A DNA stretch of 54,905 bases from Octopus bimaculoides (Eukaryota). This document shows, one piece after another, positions 8,790-21,932 of this stretch (position 1 is its first letter; each line of letters opens with the position of its first letter). The translations under genes and the position numbers were made by a program. The notes below the pieces were generated by a model. That model saw only the letters and a list, made by a program, of their open reading frames with translations, was not told the DNA's origin and made no database searches. Where the stretch lies: assembly GCF_001194135.2 (NCBI RefSeq), contig NC_068983.1:88539231-88594135 (forward strand). Direction: 5' to 3'.

Positions 8790-11700
8790 TTGACTATATC
8801 CTCGCCAGATAAAGGGAAAGAGGGCTGCTTATAAATGCCAAAACCTTCCCAGGCAAAAAATGTACCCCTCAACATAGATTAGTAGTTAGCAACTTCAGGA
8901 TCAGGGCTAAATGGATGCCCAGAAGATGACCAGCTTGGAGGAGAAGGGTCTGGTAGTTTAAAGATCCAGAAAATGGACAGAGATTTAGAGACGTATTACT
9001 CAAAGCCTTTGATGAAATAGAAGGGGATATAGCATTACATGATGTGGAAGACAACTGGAGGTTTCTACAGGACAACCTGCTGAGAGCCACTGACTAGATC
9101 TGTGGATGGTGCAAAGTCCCCTCTCAGCCCAAAGTAACGTGGTGGTGGAACAATGTGGTTGACAGGGCTATTAGACAAAAGAAACAGGCTTGAAGGACTG
9201 GAAGAACGGAGGTAGCAGGGAATTGGATCAGACTGTCAGAAGAGAAGCTAGGAGACAGGTTTACTTAGCCAGAGGGGAAGCAGATAAGAAAAAAATTGCC
9301 AATGTTCTCCACCGTGAGGACCAAAGACTTGGAGTATTTTGTGTTCCAAGACAGTGTGTGAGAGAGAATCATGATGTCGAAGGAGAGAAATGTGTCCGCA
9401 TGGATGATGGTTCACTTGCACTAAACGAGGCTGCAAAAAGAGAGGTTTGGAGACACCACTATGAAAGGTTGCTCAATAAAGAGAATGAATGGGAGAAAGA
9501 GAGTCTGCCGATTGTCAACCCAACAGAGGGACCAGCTATCCGAATTGACAGTACCTTGATAGATAAAGCAATTAAGNNNNNNNNNNNNNNNNNNNNNNNN
9601 NNNNNNNNNNNNNNNNNNNNNNNNNNNNNNNNNNNNNNNNNNNNNNNNNNNNNNNNNNNNNNNNNNNNNNNNNNNNNNNNNNNNNNNNNNNNNNNNNNNN
9701 NNNNNNNNNNNNNNNNNNNNNNNNNNNNNNNNNNNNNNNNNNNNNNNNNNNNNNNNNNNNNNNNNNNNNNNNNNNNNNNNNNNNNNNNNNNNNNNNNNNN
9801 GTAAAGGTGACACTTTAGATACAAATAATTACAGAGGTATCAAGTTGTTGGATCAGGTAATGAAGGTCACGGAGAGGTTCATAGCCTAACTAATTAGGGA
9901 GAGAGTCAGTTTAGATGAGATGCAGTTTGGGTTTGTGCCAGGGAAAAGCACCACTGATGCTATATTTCTGGTAAGACAGCTGCAGGAGAAATACCTAGCC
10001 ATAGATAAACCTCTGTACCTGGCTTTCGTTGACATGGAGAAAGCCTTTGAAAGAGTCCCCCGATCCCTTATCTTGTGGTCAATGAGGAAACTAGGGATAG
10101 ATGAATGGTTAGTGAGAGCTGTGCAAGCCATGTACAGGGATGCTGTCAGTAAGATAAGAGTTGGCAATGAGTACAGTGAAGAATTCCAGGTATCAGAACT
10201 AGAAAAGTTTCAAGTGTGGAAGCAAGGGTTAGAATCGGAAGGCCTTAGAGTCAACCTAGCTAAAACCAAAGTCTTAATAAGTAGGAAAGTAGACAAACCA
10301 CAAACCCCTTCAGGTAGATGGCTCTGCTCAATCTGTGGAAAAGGCATAGGTAGAAACTCTATAAGATGTACCCAGTGTAAGCTATGGACACACAAGAGGT
10401 GCAGCAATATCAAAGGAAGGCTAACTAGGAAGATAGTTTTTGTATGTGACAGATGCTCAGGAGCAATAAACACTGAAAATGTGCAGAGAACAACTTTTGC
10501 CGCATTCCAGGGAGAAAAACTAGAAGTAGTTGATAAATTCCATTACCTAGTTGACAAAGTCAGTTGCGGGGGTAGGGTGCACTGAAGGCATAGCTGCTAG
10601 AATAAGAATAGCCTGGGCAAAGTTCTGAGAGTTCTTACCTCTGCTGGTGACAAAGGGTCTCTCGCTCAGAGTAAAAGGCAGACTGTTTGACGCATGTGTA
10701 TGAACAGCCTTACTACATGGCAGTGAAACACGAGCCATGACTGGGGAAGACATGCATAAACTCGCAAGGAATGAAGCCAATATGCTCCGATGAATGTGTA
10801 ATGTCAGTGTACATACTTGACAGAGTATAAGTACCTTGAGAGAAAAGTTGGACCTAAGAAGCATCAGTTGTGGTGTGCAAGAGAGACGATTGCGCTGGCA
10901 TGGTCATGTAGTGAGAATGGATGAGGATAGCTGTGTGTAAAAGTGCCACACCCTAGCAGTTGAGGGAACCTGTGAAGACATGGGATGAGGTGGTGAAGCA
11001 CAACTTTTGAACATTAGGCCTCACCGAGACAATGACTAGTGACTGAGACCTTTGGAAATATGCTGTGCATTAGAAGACCTGGCAAGACAAGTGAGACCAT
11101 AACCCGTGGCCTTTACCAGGGATGTAGCCAGCCTACTTATGTGTACCTTTCCTTCTTTGGATACTGAACTCTNNNNNNNNNNNNNNNNNNNNNNNNNNNN
11201 NNNNNNNNNNNNNNNNNNNNNNNNNNNNNNNNNNNNNNNNNNNNNNNNNNNNNNNNNNNNNNNNNNNNNNNNNNNNNNNNNNNNNNNNNNNNNNNNNNNN
11301 NNNNNNNNNNNNNNNNNNNNNNNNNNNNNNNNNNNNNNNNNNNNNNNNNNNNNNNNNNNNNNNNNNNNNNNNNNNNNNNNNNNNNNNNNNNNNNNNNNNN
11401 NNNNNNNNNNNNNNNNNNNNNNNNNNNNNNNNNNNNNNNNNNNNNNNNNNNNNNNNNNNNNNNNNNNNNNNNNNNNNNNNNNNNNNNNNNNNNNNNNNNN
11501 NNNNNNNNNNNNNNNNNNNNNNNNNNNNNNNNNNNNNNNNNNNNNNNNNNNNNNNNNNNNNNNNNNNNNNNNNNNNNNNNNNNNNNNNNNNNNNNNNNNN
11601 NNNNNNNNNNNNNNNNNNNNNNNNNNNNNNNNNNNNNNNNNNNNNNNNNNNNNNNNNNNNNNNNNNNNNNNNNNNNNNNNNNNNNNNNNNNNNNNNNNNN

Positions 11701-12428
11701 NNNNNNNNNNNNNNNNNNNNNNNNNNNNNNNNNNNNNNNNNNNNNNNNNNNNNNNNNNNNNNNNNNNNNNNNNNNNNNNNNNNNNNNNNNNNNNNNNNNN
11801 NNNNNNNNNNNNNNNNNNNNNNNNNNNNNNNNNNNNNNNNNNNNNNNNNNNNNNNNNNNNNNNNNNNNNNNNNNNNNNNNNNNNNNNNNNNNNNNNNNNN
11901 NNNNNNNNNNNNNNNNNNNNNNNNNNNNNNNNNNNNNNNNNNNNNNNNNNNNNNNNNNNNNNNNNNNNNNNNNNNNNNNNNNNNNNNNNNNNNNNNNNNN
12001 NNNNNNNNNNNNNNNNNNNNNNNNNNNNNNNNNNNNNNNNNNNNNNNNNNNNNNNNNNNNNNNNNNNNNNNNNNNNNNNNNNNNNNNNNNNNCATGATTG
12101 TTACCAGCGTCGCCTTACTGGCACTTGTGCCAGTGGCATGTGAACAAAACATTCGAGCAAGGTCGTTGCCAGTGCCGCTGGACTGACTCCTGTGTAGGTG
12201 GCACATAAAAAACACCATTTGAGCATGGCCATTGCCAGTACCACCTGACTGGCACATAAAAGCACCCACTACACTCTCGGAGTGGTTGGCGTTAGGAAGG
12301 GCATCCAGCTGTAGAAACTCTGCCAGATCAGATTAGAGCCTGGTGCAGCCATCTGGCTCGCCAGTCCTCAGTCAAATCATCCAACCCATGCTAGCATGGA
12401 AAGCGGACGTTAAACGATGATGATGATG
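8790..12428 (+). mobile_element. RTE-clade LINE, 5'-truncated, with gaps, (GAT)n tail
   Basis: QHRLVV, WWWN, NYRGIKLL, MQFGFVPGKSTTDAIF, AFVDMEKAFERVP, GLRVNLAKTK, RWHGHVVRM motifs. The QGS..SP/YADD block is deleted near 10190. 3' UTR and gatgatgat tail match copies at 52640-54035 and 32865-33120. Confidence 0.95.
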
Positions 12429-12499
12429 ACCACCACTACCACCAGCACATCAGTTTCTTTTCCATCAGTGAGAAAGTCAATGTGAGAGAGCCTTTAGAT

Positions 12500-12752
12500 C
12501 AGTGTTTCTCAACCATTTTTTACCTTTGGACCCCTTTGATTCCTATCTTATTTGGACATACTCTCCTAGTCATCTGATGTTTAAAAAATCCCATTATATT
12601 TTTATGATTAAATATTATTAGTTTCTGTATAAAAAAGATTGTTTCGTGTATTGCAGGAGTATAACCAATTTATTGCAGATAAATTTTAACCAGAAAATCT
12701 TATATGGACCCTTCCTCACCAGGGAAATATGGACACCAGATGAGAACCACTG
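12500..12752. mobile_element. hAT-type MITE
   Basis: TIRs CAGTGTTTCTCAAC / GATGAGAACCACTG; 8-bp TSD ctttagat (12492-12499) / ctctagat (12753-12760). Confidence 0.85.
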
Positions 12753-12971
12753 CTCTAGATGTTCATTCAGCATGCTGAAACAGTTGCCAAATCATTCTCA
12801 AATCATACATATATTTTAAAAAATTTTAATCCTAGATCTGCTTGAGCAAAACTAACTTGAGGTTAAACAACAACATCCAGTTTCTTTGATATCAGTTTTT
12901 TAATAAATGAATAATCTCTGCCTCTGCTGTTTCCCAACCTTATCTGTATTCATTCTCTCATTCTTCTACAG

Positions 12972-13123
12972 AATGTTTTTATCAGAAGGGAGATTACCAT
13001 TTTGCTCTGCAGGACTATGAACAAGCCTTGGAGTTAGATCCCTTGGACAGGAAATATTTTCCTAGGATTTCTGAACTCAGTTACTTGTTAGCACTACAGT
13101 ACTACACTGACCGAAACTTTGAG
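12972..13123 (+). CDS. TTC16: TTC16-like coding exon 3 in window
   Basis: ttcttctacag|AA...GAG|gtagag. Encodes (E)CFYQKGDYHFALQDYEQALELDPLDRKYFPRISELSYLLALQYYTDRNFE, a TPR. Phase 1 to 0. Confidence 0.9.
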
Positions 13124-13464
13124 GTAGAGAAAAATTTTGAATTTCTATCTGTAAATACAGGTGTGTGTGTGTGTGTGTGCACCGTTATGTTAAAATGTAC
13201 ATGCATGTGCATATCTGTATGCTATTGTGTAGAGAGAGCAAAACTGTAAGCATGCATGCATATGTGTATGTGTTTGTGAGAGAAACTATGCAAAGGTATA
13301 AGTATATGGGTTACAATGTATATGCATGTAACCATTCTGGAAGAGAAGCTTATGAAAACTTAAAGACCCAGCAAACTGACAGAAATTTAGAGATATTCTA
13401 ATGGAAGCTTCTGATGAGTAATAGAAAGGATTATTGTTGTTGTTGCTAATGTTTTGATAGAAAT

Positions 13465-13700
13465 CAATATATTAATATTCTTTTCTACTCTAGGTACAAG
13501 GCCCGAAAGTTTTTGGGTGGGGAGGGGCCAGTCGATTAGATCTACCCCAGTACACAACTTGAACTTAATTTATCAACCATGGGAGGATGAAAGGCAAAAT
13601 CAACCTTGGTGGAATTTGAACTCAGAAAATAAAGACAGATGAACTGCCTCTAAGCATTTTGCCTGACCTGCTAACGTTTCTGCCAGCTCATCGCCTTAAT
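13465..13700 (-). mobile_element. SINE (family with head ggtgagctggcagaa...), reverse copy
   Basis: Reverse complement matches copies at 21220-21429, 39688-39905 and 39915-40130. Confidence 0.75.
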
Positions 13701-13747
13701 CAATATATCAATATTATCATAACTTTTATTAACATCATTTTTATCAC

Positions 13748-13857
13748 CTTCTTCTTCTTCTTCTTCTTCTTCTTCTTCTTCTTCTTCTTCTTCTTCTTCT
13801 TCTTCTTCTTCTTCTTCTTCTTCTTCTTCTTCTTCTTCTTCTTCTTCTTCTTCTTCT
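13748..13857. repeat. (CTT)n microsatellite, ~36 units
   Basis: Direct; explains the poly-F and poly-E ORFs. Confidence 0.98.
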
Positions 13858-14359
13858 ACATGCACTATTGCTGCTGCTGCTACAACCACTTCTTTTTCTT
13901 CTGTGATATTTTTACTGAAATATAACATGTATGTATATGATACATATATAATACAAAACCACATCAAAAATACAAATCCAAAACCAGGTAAAGAAAATGG
14001 AAAAGAGGAGCAAAGATAGCAAAAGAAAGAAAAAGAAAAAAAGAAACAAAACAAAGGGAGAAAAAACCCCACATCAATTCAGGGCATAACCTTGCTCTGA
14101 TGTCCAGATCTCTATTGAGGATTTTGCTGCCATCCTCTAGAGCTTGTCCTAGTTGAAGCACATCAACCAGTTCCCTAAGGGAGCTTGGACTTGTTTTGCC
14201 TGTGCTCTCTCCAAGCTATTGAAGAATGTCTCTCTATCCAACAACACCAGAGATTGGCAGAAACTGTTCCTATTCCCTCTGGTCTCTCTCCCCACATGAC
14301 AGGCCTTTTTTTCTTCCAAGCAGCATTCAAATGCTCTTATTGCTGACAGTAGATTTGAG

Positions 14360-15172
14360 CATTTATTGTTGCATTAGTTGGAAGTAACTCAAAGTAGATA
14401 ATTCCTTTGCAATCCCACGAAACAGAAAGAAGAACCTTCTTTGCATGGAGTTCCCTTTTGAGTTGTGGTTGGGCCTTTCTCCCCTCACCAAGCCAATGTC
14501 TACAATGCTTAACATTTTGATAAAAGACTCAATTTTCCTCACCAGTCTGCCCAAAAAGGGCTAGATGAGTTCATGAGAACGAAGAGAAAAGCAGATGTCC
14601 ACTTGGGGTTTGCAGTTGGCTTCGGACAAATCATGAGGCACCCATTTTCTGAGTATTGGTACCTTTCCAAGTGTTGAAGATGGTAGTGAACAGTTGTATG
14701 GCTTAAAAGAAGCTTACTTGCCAATTCTTCAACTGAAACTGCATGATCTTTCTTAAGTTCTGCTAAAAGTAGCTTGTCATCATACTCAATTGGATGTCCT
14801 TTTTGGGCCTCATCTTTGAGGCTGAAATCTCCACTTCTGAATTTTACAGACCATCTTCTGCAAGTTTTTTTTATTCAGGCGCTCTTCTCCATAAGCCAAG
14901 TGAATATTTTGAGTCGCTTCAGCTGCTGAGTTCCCTTTTTTAAACTCATAAAGTAATGTGTGCCTCAAATGCCCCTTAGATACTTCTATGTTTGAAGAGC
15001 TATAATTTGTAAAATTTCAATTAGATTATCCTGCAAAATGAAATTTAATTAGTTTAAATATGTCCAAATACATATAAATATTACTTGATGCCATTAGACA
15101 TTATAAAATACTGTTAAAGCATTTACAAATTGAAAATATAGAAGTCTGGACATTACTTATATGATAACCTGA
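14360..15172 (-). mobile_element. Mariner transposase fossil with left TIR, 3'-truncated
   Basis: Minus strand gives YEFKKG, CRRW..KFRSGDFSLKDE, ELKKDHAVSVEELA, HTTVHYHLQHL. TIR TCAGGTTATCATATAAGTAATGTC (15172-15149) next to TA (15173-15174). Confidence 0.85.
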
Positions 15173-15175
15173 TAT

Positions 15176-17100
15176 TAGTCAGTCAGTTATTGTGTGAGTT
15201 AGGGAGTGAGTTATTAATTGTATTACTGAGTGAATCAGTGTGTGTACTTGTGAGTGAGTGAGTGAGTGAGCGAGTGAGCGAGTGAGTGAGTGAGTGAGTG
15301 AGTGAGTGAGAGTATTAATGACTGTACTACTAAATGAGATAGTAAGTTTATTAGTCAGGGTATTAGTGAAGGAGTTAGTAAATGAGTTAGTGAAGGAGTT
15401 AATAAGGGTATTATTGAGTGTATTTTTGAGTGAATTGGTGAGTGCGTTAATGAATGCATTAGCAAGGGAGATAAAGGTTAAAGACCCCCTTTAGTCATAA
15501 ATGACCAAGAGATTGCACCTAGAAAATTACCCTCCGAGGCACAGGTCCAGGCAAGCTTGTTTATGGAAGACCAGCAGTTGACCATGCATACCAGCCTCCA
15601 ATCTCCACACGATGGATGTTATCCAAAGAAAAGGCAAAGGCCAATACAGCTTGGCACCAGTTATGTCACAAATCATTTCTACAGCTGAGTGAACTGGAGC
15701 AATGTGAAATAAAGTGTCTTGTTCAAGAACACAACACTCAGCCCAGTCTGGGAATCGAACTTATTACCTCAGGATTGTGAGCCCAATGCTCCTCAGTGGT
15801 TAGAGCACCCTATATAGTAAGAGAGATAATGAGTGTATTACTGAGTTAGTGAGTCAGTGTATTAGTGAGTGAGTGTATATGTGAGTGAGTTATGGAGTTA
15901 ATGAGTGAGTTAGGGAGTTAGCTACTAATTGTATTTGTGAGTAACTCAGTGCATGTATTAATGAGTGTATTAGAAAGTGACATACTGAGTGAATTTGTGA
16001 GTGAGTTAGTGTCTGTATTAGTGAATGAATTTGTGAGTGATTAAGTGAATGAGTTAGTGTGAGAATTAGTGGGTGATATATGATGTAAGTTAGTGAGTAG
16101 GTTAGTGAATGAGTCAGTGAGTTAGTGAGTGAATTAGTGAGTTTATTAGTGAGTTAGGGAGTGGAATAATGCATGTGTTCTTGAGTGAGTTAGTGAGTGT
16201 ATTATTGAGTAAATCGGTGTATGAGTTAGTGAGTGAGTTGGTGAGTGAGTTAGGAAGCAAGTTATTAATTGCATTAGTGAGTGAGTCAGTGAGTGTATTA
16301 GTAACTGAGTTAGTGACAGTATTAGTGATTGTGCTAATGAGATGATTAATGAGTGAATTGTGATAGTGAATGTATTAGTGAGTTAGTGAGTGCATTTTGA
16401 GTAAGATAGTGAGTGTATTAGTCAGTTAGTTAGTGTGTGAGTTCATGAATGAGTTAATGAGTGAGTCAGTGATTGTAATAAGCAAGTGAGTCAATGAGTT
16501 TATTAGTGAGTGAATTATTGAGAGAGATAGTAAAGGACTTAGTGAGGTAGCTTATGAGTGAGGTAGTTAATGAGTTTGTGAGTGTGTTAGTGAGAGAATT
16601 AGTGAGCATGTTAGTTAGTGAGTTAATGTGTTAGTTCTCTAGCATATTAGTGAGTTTGAAAGTGAATTAGCGAGTGAGTTGGTGAATGATGTAGTGAGAA
16701 AGTTAATGAGTGTGTTAGTTTGTGAGTTATAAGTTGGTGAACAAATTAGTGAGTTTATAAGTGAGTGCATTATTGATTGATCTACTGAGTGAGCTTTGGA
16801 CTGAGTTACTGATTGTATTTGTGAGTGAATCAGTGAGTGTATTAGTGGGTGTATTAGGGTTTATGTTAGTGAGTGAGTTAGTAAGCAAGTTAGTGATAGT
16901 ATTAATGAGTATGTCATTGAGTGTATTAGTGAGTGAGATGGTGATTGTATTAGTGAGTATGTTATTGTGTGACTTAGAGAGTGAGTTTGCAATTGTATAT
17001 GTAATTTAAGGAGTGAGATAGTGAGTGAGTTAGTGTGAGAGTTAATTTGTAAGTTATTGATTGTATTAATGAGTGTGTCAGTGTGTGCATTAATGATCAA
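15176..17100. repeat. Degenerate (GAGT/TTAGTGAGTG) low-complexity tract, interrupted by a SINE
   Basis: Nearly C-free + strand of recurring agtgagtgagttagtgagtgtatt motifs; pure (GAGT)n at 15252-15310. Confidence 0.9.
15476..15810 (-). mobile_element. tRNA-head SINE (second family), reverse copy
   Basis: Near-identical body to 27122-27452 (gattgcacctagaaa...cagctg..tgaactggagcaa..tgaaataaag); B-box-like gttcgattccc on the minus strand. Confidence 0.85.
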
Positions 17101-17149
17101 GTGACTGGGGGAGGGAGGGAGTTTATAGTGATACTTCTTTAGTTTTTTT

Positions 17150-18075
17150 AAATATCTTCTTATCTTAAGACTTTGAAAAAAAAAAGCTGTCCATATAAAT
17201 TATTCAGTTCATTATGTTTCTTCTTATTTCTAGTAACATCACTTTCTTTCTCATCCTGCAGCCAATATATCCTCTTTTCTTTCAGCTATCAGAAATACTT
17301 CTTCACAGCCAGTAACATCATTCTCAATCTTTCCACTTCAACTTCCACACAGTTTTTTTTTCCACATTAACAATCCTCTTTTTCCATTTTTTTTCTGTTG
17401 AAATACTCTCGATATCTGTTTTGTAGGTGTTAGACCCTGTAGATTGTCGGCAATTCCTTTGTTTTTCTATCTACAGTCTCAATGTCATTGTTTGTCTATT
17501 TGATTTTTCTGGTGTAGTTCTTACTGATGGCTACAGCTCTTGAGTTTCTAGCAGTGATGGTGCTTATGCCTTTGAGTGTGCATTTTAATCTTCTCCTTAT
17601 AATTCTGAAATATTCTTTTCTGATTTTATCTTCCGTTATTTTATCGTTTATACTATCAGCTTCCAAGACCACAAGATATTTATATCTGTCATGAGTATCA
17701 CTCTCCCATATCTTCTCTTCATTAACTTCATTTTATTACTTGTCTGGTATTTCCCTTTCTTCATTACAAATGTTCCACTCCTAAAAATCCCAAATTCCAT
17801 TCTGATGTCTTTGTCAAACATTCACAATATTGACAAGGATTTCCAATTCCCTTTTTGCCTTGCCATATTTCTTTAGATGATCCATGCATAGCAAATATTT
17901 AACTTTTCCCTGGTCTTTTCCTAAGCTATATCAAGCTTTTTATTTTCTTAATTCTAAGAAGAGTGGGATAAAAGCAGAGACAAACAGTGAAGATGTACAT
18001 CTTATAATTCATTGTTATGCCTTTCTACTGTCTTCAATTTTTCAAATAATTTCTCCTAATAATTTTGAAACAACC
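17150..18075 (-). mobile_element. R4/Dong-type non-LTR retrotransposon RT fossil
   Basis: Minus strand: YLLCMDHLKKYGK (cf. HLLFMDDLKLYGK), DRYKYLVVLEAD, KIRKEYFRIIRR, VDRKTKEL. Confidence 0.7.
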
Positions 18076-18609
18076 TGATTTGCAGAAACTGGTCTATACT
18101 ATTCTCATATCATTTTATTGTGACTCACTTTATTGAAACTCTTTACTTCAGTTCTATTACAATACATATATATTCCTGACTACAAATTTGTAACCTATAT
18201 AGTCAACTGATACGAGGACTTGGTTAAAGATTTCAAGGATCAGATTAGTTTACTGGTTAAACTAGTTAAGAAGTTAACAGGAGCTATCATCAACAGCAGG
18301 TGGTGGGTCAGCAAAATATCTGTCAGTTTTAGTACTTCAGTAAAGTTTGAAAACTTAGAGTAAAAAAGAAACTAGTAATTTACTTAGAAAATGCTGCAAA
18401 CAACGTGCGAGCTGCAAGAATGGTCCTCCTCCATTTTTTCAATGTTAGACATAAAGGTTGCATTGTCCAAGATGGGGTGCATTCACTGAAACAAAAAGTT
18501 ACAAAAGCCATTTGTTGAGCATTTGTGGTAGAGGTGTGGCATGGCAACAAAGCTAGAATTTGATCTATGGTGGACATCAGCCAGCAGCTACTCACTGATT
18601 CCAAATAAA

Positions 18610-21600
18610 TAAGTGCAATGTTTTGGCAGTACTTTACTGAACTATTTGATATAGCAGGTTTTGAGGTTTACCTCAACGCTTTTCTCTGACTGTTGGACAA
18701 GGAGACAGTGTTGCAAGAAGCGAATTTCAGCTGATAACATGGTAGATGTGTTGAGCTATGTGTGTGTGGGAAACTGCCATGATTGGATTGAGGGAAATTG
18801 TTATAATTGTCGCATGCCAGCCTTGTTTGTTCATGTCTTGACAGCTCACTGCAACAGGTAACAGATTAGCAAGCATTTGCAGTCAAGTGAGCCGGGAGTG
18901 ATGGCACAGCTGGGAGAAGATCTGAACAAGAGGGATATGACTGGAAATTTCTGACCCATACCTGTGCGCAACACAGTGTTAGATCTTGGCAAAGGGACTC
19001 ACCTAGAGGCCAGAGCTTGTTTTTCATGAAAATCTGTGCAATCTCTGACTGATCTATGGTGAGTCAAGGAAGTTCTATTTTGTTGTCACATATTAGCACA
19101 GTTGTGCTATGGCTACTTCAGCTAATCAGAGCTTGCCTCATATTAATACAAACAGCAGGCATCTGTCCAGTGGTAATCATGTTTTTAGTTAGTTAGCAAA
19201 AGACTTCGTTGCAAGTAACAGCTATTCTCAATCAGTTATTGGAAGACACTGATGTCAAACAGCATTTCTTTAATATGAACAGCTTGTTTATCTCACCAAC
19301 TTAGTGCAGCAAACTAATGGATTTATTTAAACTATCCATACCAACCACTCCATGGACATCCTATTGCATTTATGTCCAACTCACCCTACAAGTATTGTTA
19401 CCGTCAGTCCATAACAACATGTCCCAGCTAACATATAACAGTTTCCAGCTGCCAGCTCATCATGCATTACTACTAAAGCATTCTTTTCAAATGTAAATTA
19501 CCTGGCTTCCTTGACTCACGTACATACAGCCCACATACCTCGCTACTTGCTAGCACTTTTTCATTACCAAATAAGCCTTCTGATATTATTTCCTTACCAT
19601 TGCCTTCTGATATTATTTATACTGCTTTACAAAAGAACACGCATTGAACACTTACATTACAACTTTACATTGACTTTACCTACATTAGTAATGCCACACA
19701 GGCCTTACTGTTATAGAGCCGTCCATGACAATCTCCACCCCATGTAGAGTGGGTTGGGAATAGATCTGGCTTTGGCAGGGGACTTGTCAGTTTGGATTAG
19801 TTCAAAGTAGTTGACAGGATAGACCATAACTACCTCATGGCTGTCCTAAGTTGTTGGTTTTGATCCCATCTTCGGTGAGTGGATTACCACAAAGTACAGC
19901 AGCAGCTGTTTGTAGGTCAAATTACACAACCATTGCTCAGAACTTTTGAGCATCATATTCTCAGTCCACCAAGGATGACCCCTCTACCCTCTCTGTATGC
20001 TTTTGCTCTGGAGTCTTTGCTACAGTGGATGGAAAGTTTGAGGAGTATCATGCTGGAACTGGGTTCCTTGAGAGCTATGTCTATACACAGATGATGTTGC
20101 TTGTCATGCAGTTGGACACTTGAAATACAGAAGTAACCAACAGTATAATGAAAAAGTACCTGGTAAGTACAGGAGCATACATAAACTATGGCAAGTCAGT
20201 GGGCTTGCAACTAGGCATTTAGAGAGACAAGTCCATGTTGACTAAGGGTGATATCTATTGCTAAACTGAGGGCTCAGTGAAATACTTGAAGTATGGTTTA
20301 CATCAGACCTCCAGGTGGATAGGAACAAGGAAGAAGTCATGAGTAGGGTGACCAGTCTCATCCTGAAAGTTCAGGCAGAAGTAGCTAATGCACACATTGC
20401 CTTGGTGGTTACCTACTGCCTGATCATCATACTATGGCCCAAGAAACATTTGACTAGATAGGAGTGCTTGATTTTCCACTTTTTATGGAAGAGTCATGAG
20501 ATTTTGATAATCAAGAAATCTATCTACTGTCAACACCCATCCCATGATGGTCTTGGGATGCCATCCTTGATGTTGCACCAGCACAGCATGCACTGAGGCC
20601 AACATACCTGCAGAAGTATCTGAATCACTGTAATGGTGTTGCTGACAGCAATGAAAACAAGAGTAAACTGGTGTGGGTGTCCTTTGTGCCACACAATTTT
20701 TCACAACTCATTTCTTTGACTGAGCTGCAGACAAGGATCAATTGTAGACTAATATTGTATGCTCATTAGCATCTACAATGTCACCAGGTGCTTATAGCCT
20801 TGTATGAGCAGGGCAATGCCATCATTGAGAAAACAACTCCAGATTTCTATAAAGGATACTTGAAAGAATGAGCGACAATGGCTTAAGAATGACTCTGGAC
20901 ATCAGCAAGAACAGTCTGAGTGGTCTCCTCTGGAGGACTTTAAAGTCAGGAACAACTTCCAAAAGTCCTTGGTATGGCAGTGTTGCTGTGCTACCTGCTG
21001 AAGACAAGTTCTTCAGGCCATCACTCAATATCTGTGCAGAAGTGACTGGTGGGCCTGTGTCAAACAGCTACAGTCATGTGCAGGACAAATCCAGCTGTCC
21101 ACCAGGTCTGTAACGAAGATTGACATGTCACCATCCTTTAGCAGAAAAGGGAAGCAAATATTTTTCTGCTTGATGGCTGTGGCACCAAGTTGTGTAAACA
21201 ATACAAAGGAAAGTTTAAGGCAGTGAGGTGGCAGAATTATTAGCATGCCAGACAAGATGCTTAGCAGCATTTCATCCATTCTGAGTTCAAATTCTACCAA
21301 GGTTGACTTTGCCTTTCGTCCTGTCAGGGTCAACAAAATAAGTACCAATTGATCACTGGGGTCAATGTAATCAACTTTCCCCCTCCTCTGAAATTGCTGG
21401 CCTTGTGCCAAAGTTTGAAATCAGTATAGAGGAAAGTGAGGGTAGAGAGGAAGGTGCTGCCTTCCAATGTATTTATGGAAAAATGGATGAGAGTGACAAC
21501 AATGGTGAGTTTGAATGGACTTACTCTGATACTTATTTTCTAAGTAGGAGGAAAAAAAGAAGGAGAGAAAACATTTGAGGTTTTGGAGATGGCAGAGTAA

Positions 21601-21905
21601 TCCGGGCCTTTTTGTGTGGTATTTTCCCCAAATTACCTTAAATGAACTGCCCCACTATCAAGGAACTTATTTATTTATTTGATATCTATTTTTATATTTT
21701 TTGTTATATCCTTATTGGTGTTGACTCCTGTTTGATCAATGTAACTCCCACCTTTTGTGTGTTGAATTTGTCCTTTGTCCTCAATGTCTTGGCCAATAAA
21801 AGAAACCACCATCAACAGCAACACCATTATTATTTGATTTTGTATCTATCTAATTAAAGCAAAAGCAATATGAATGTTCCCTTGTAACAATAAATATAAC
21901 AATAA
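18610..21905 (+). mobile_element. L1/Tx1-like LINE fossil (ORF1 zinc-knuckle piece, RT, 3' end)
   Basis: GNCYNCRMP knuckle (~18795); LD*FKVVDRIDHNYL (~19793); PLPSLYAFALESLL (~19980); YTDD (20084-20095); A-rich 3' end ~21900. 19080-19750 is not assignable. Confidence 0.7.
21220..21429 (+). mobile_element. SINE inserted in the L1, with 8-bp TSD
   Basis: aggaaagt at 21207-21214 and 21430-21437; body matches 39688-39905. Confidence 0.8.
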
Positions 21906-21932
21906 TATTGACTGTAACATTTTACATTGCAG

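Noticed and set aside
13411-13427. CTGATGA-GTAATA-GAAA hammerhead-like core
   Set aside because: No stem II, III or I pairing; overlaps a SINE-tail-like sequence.
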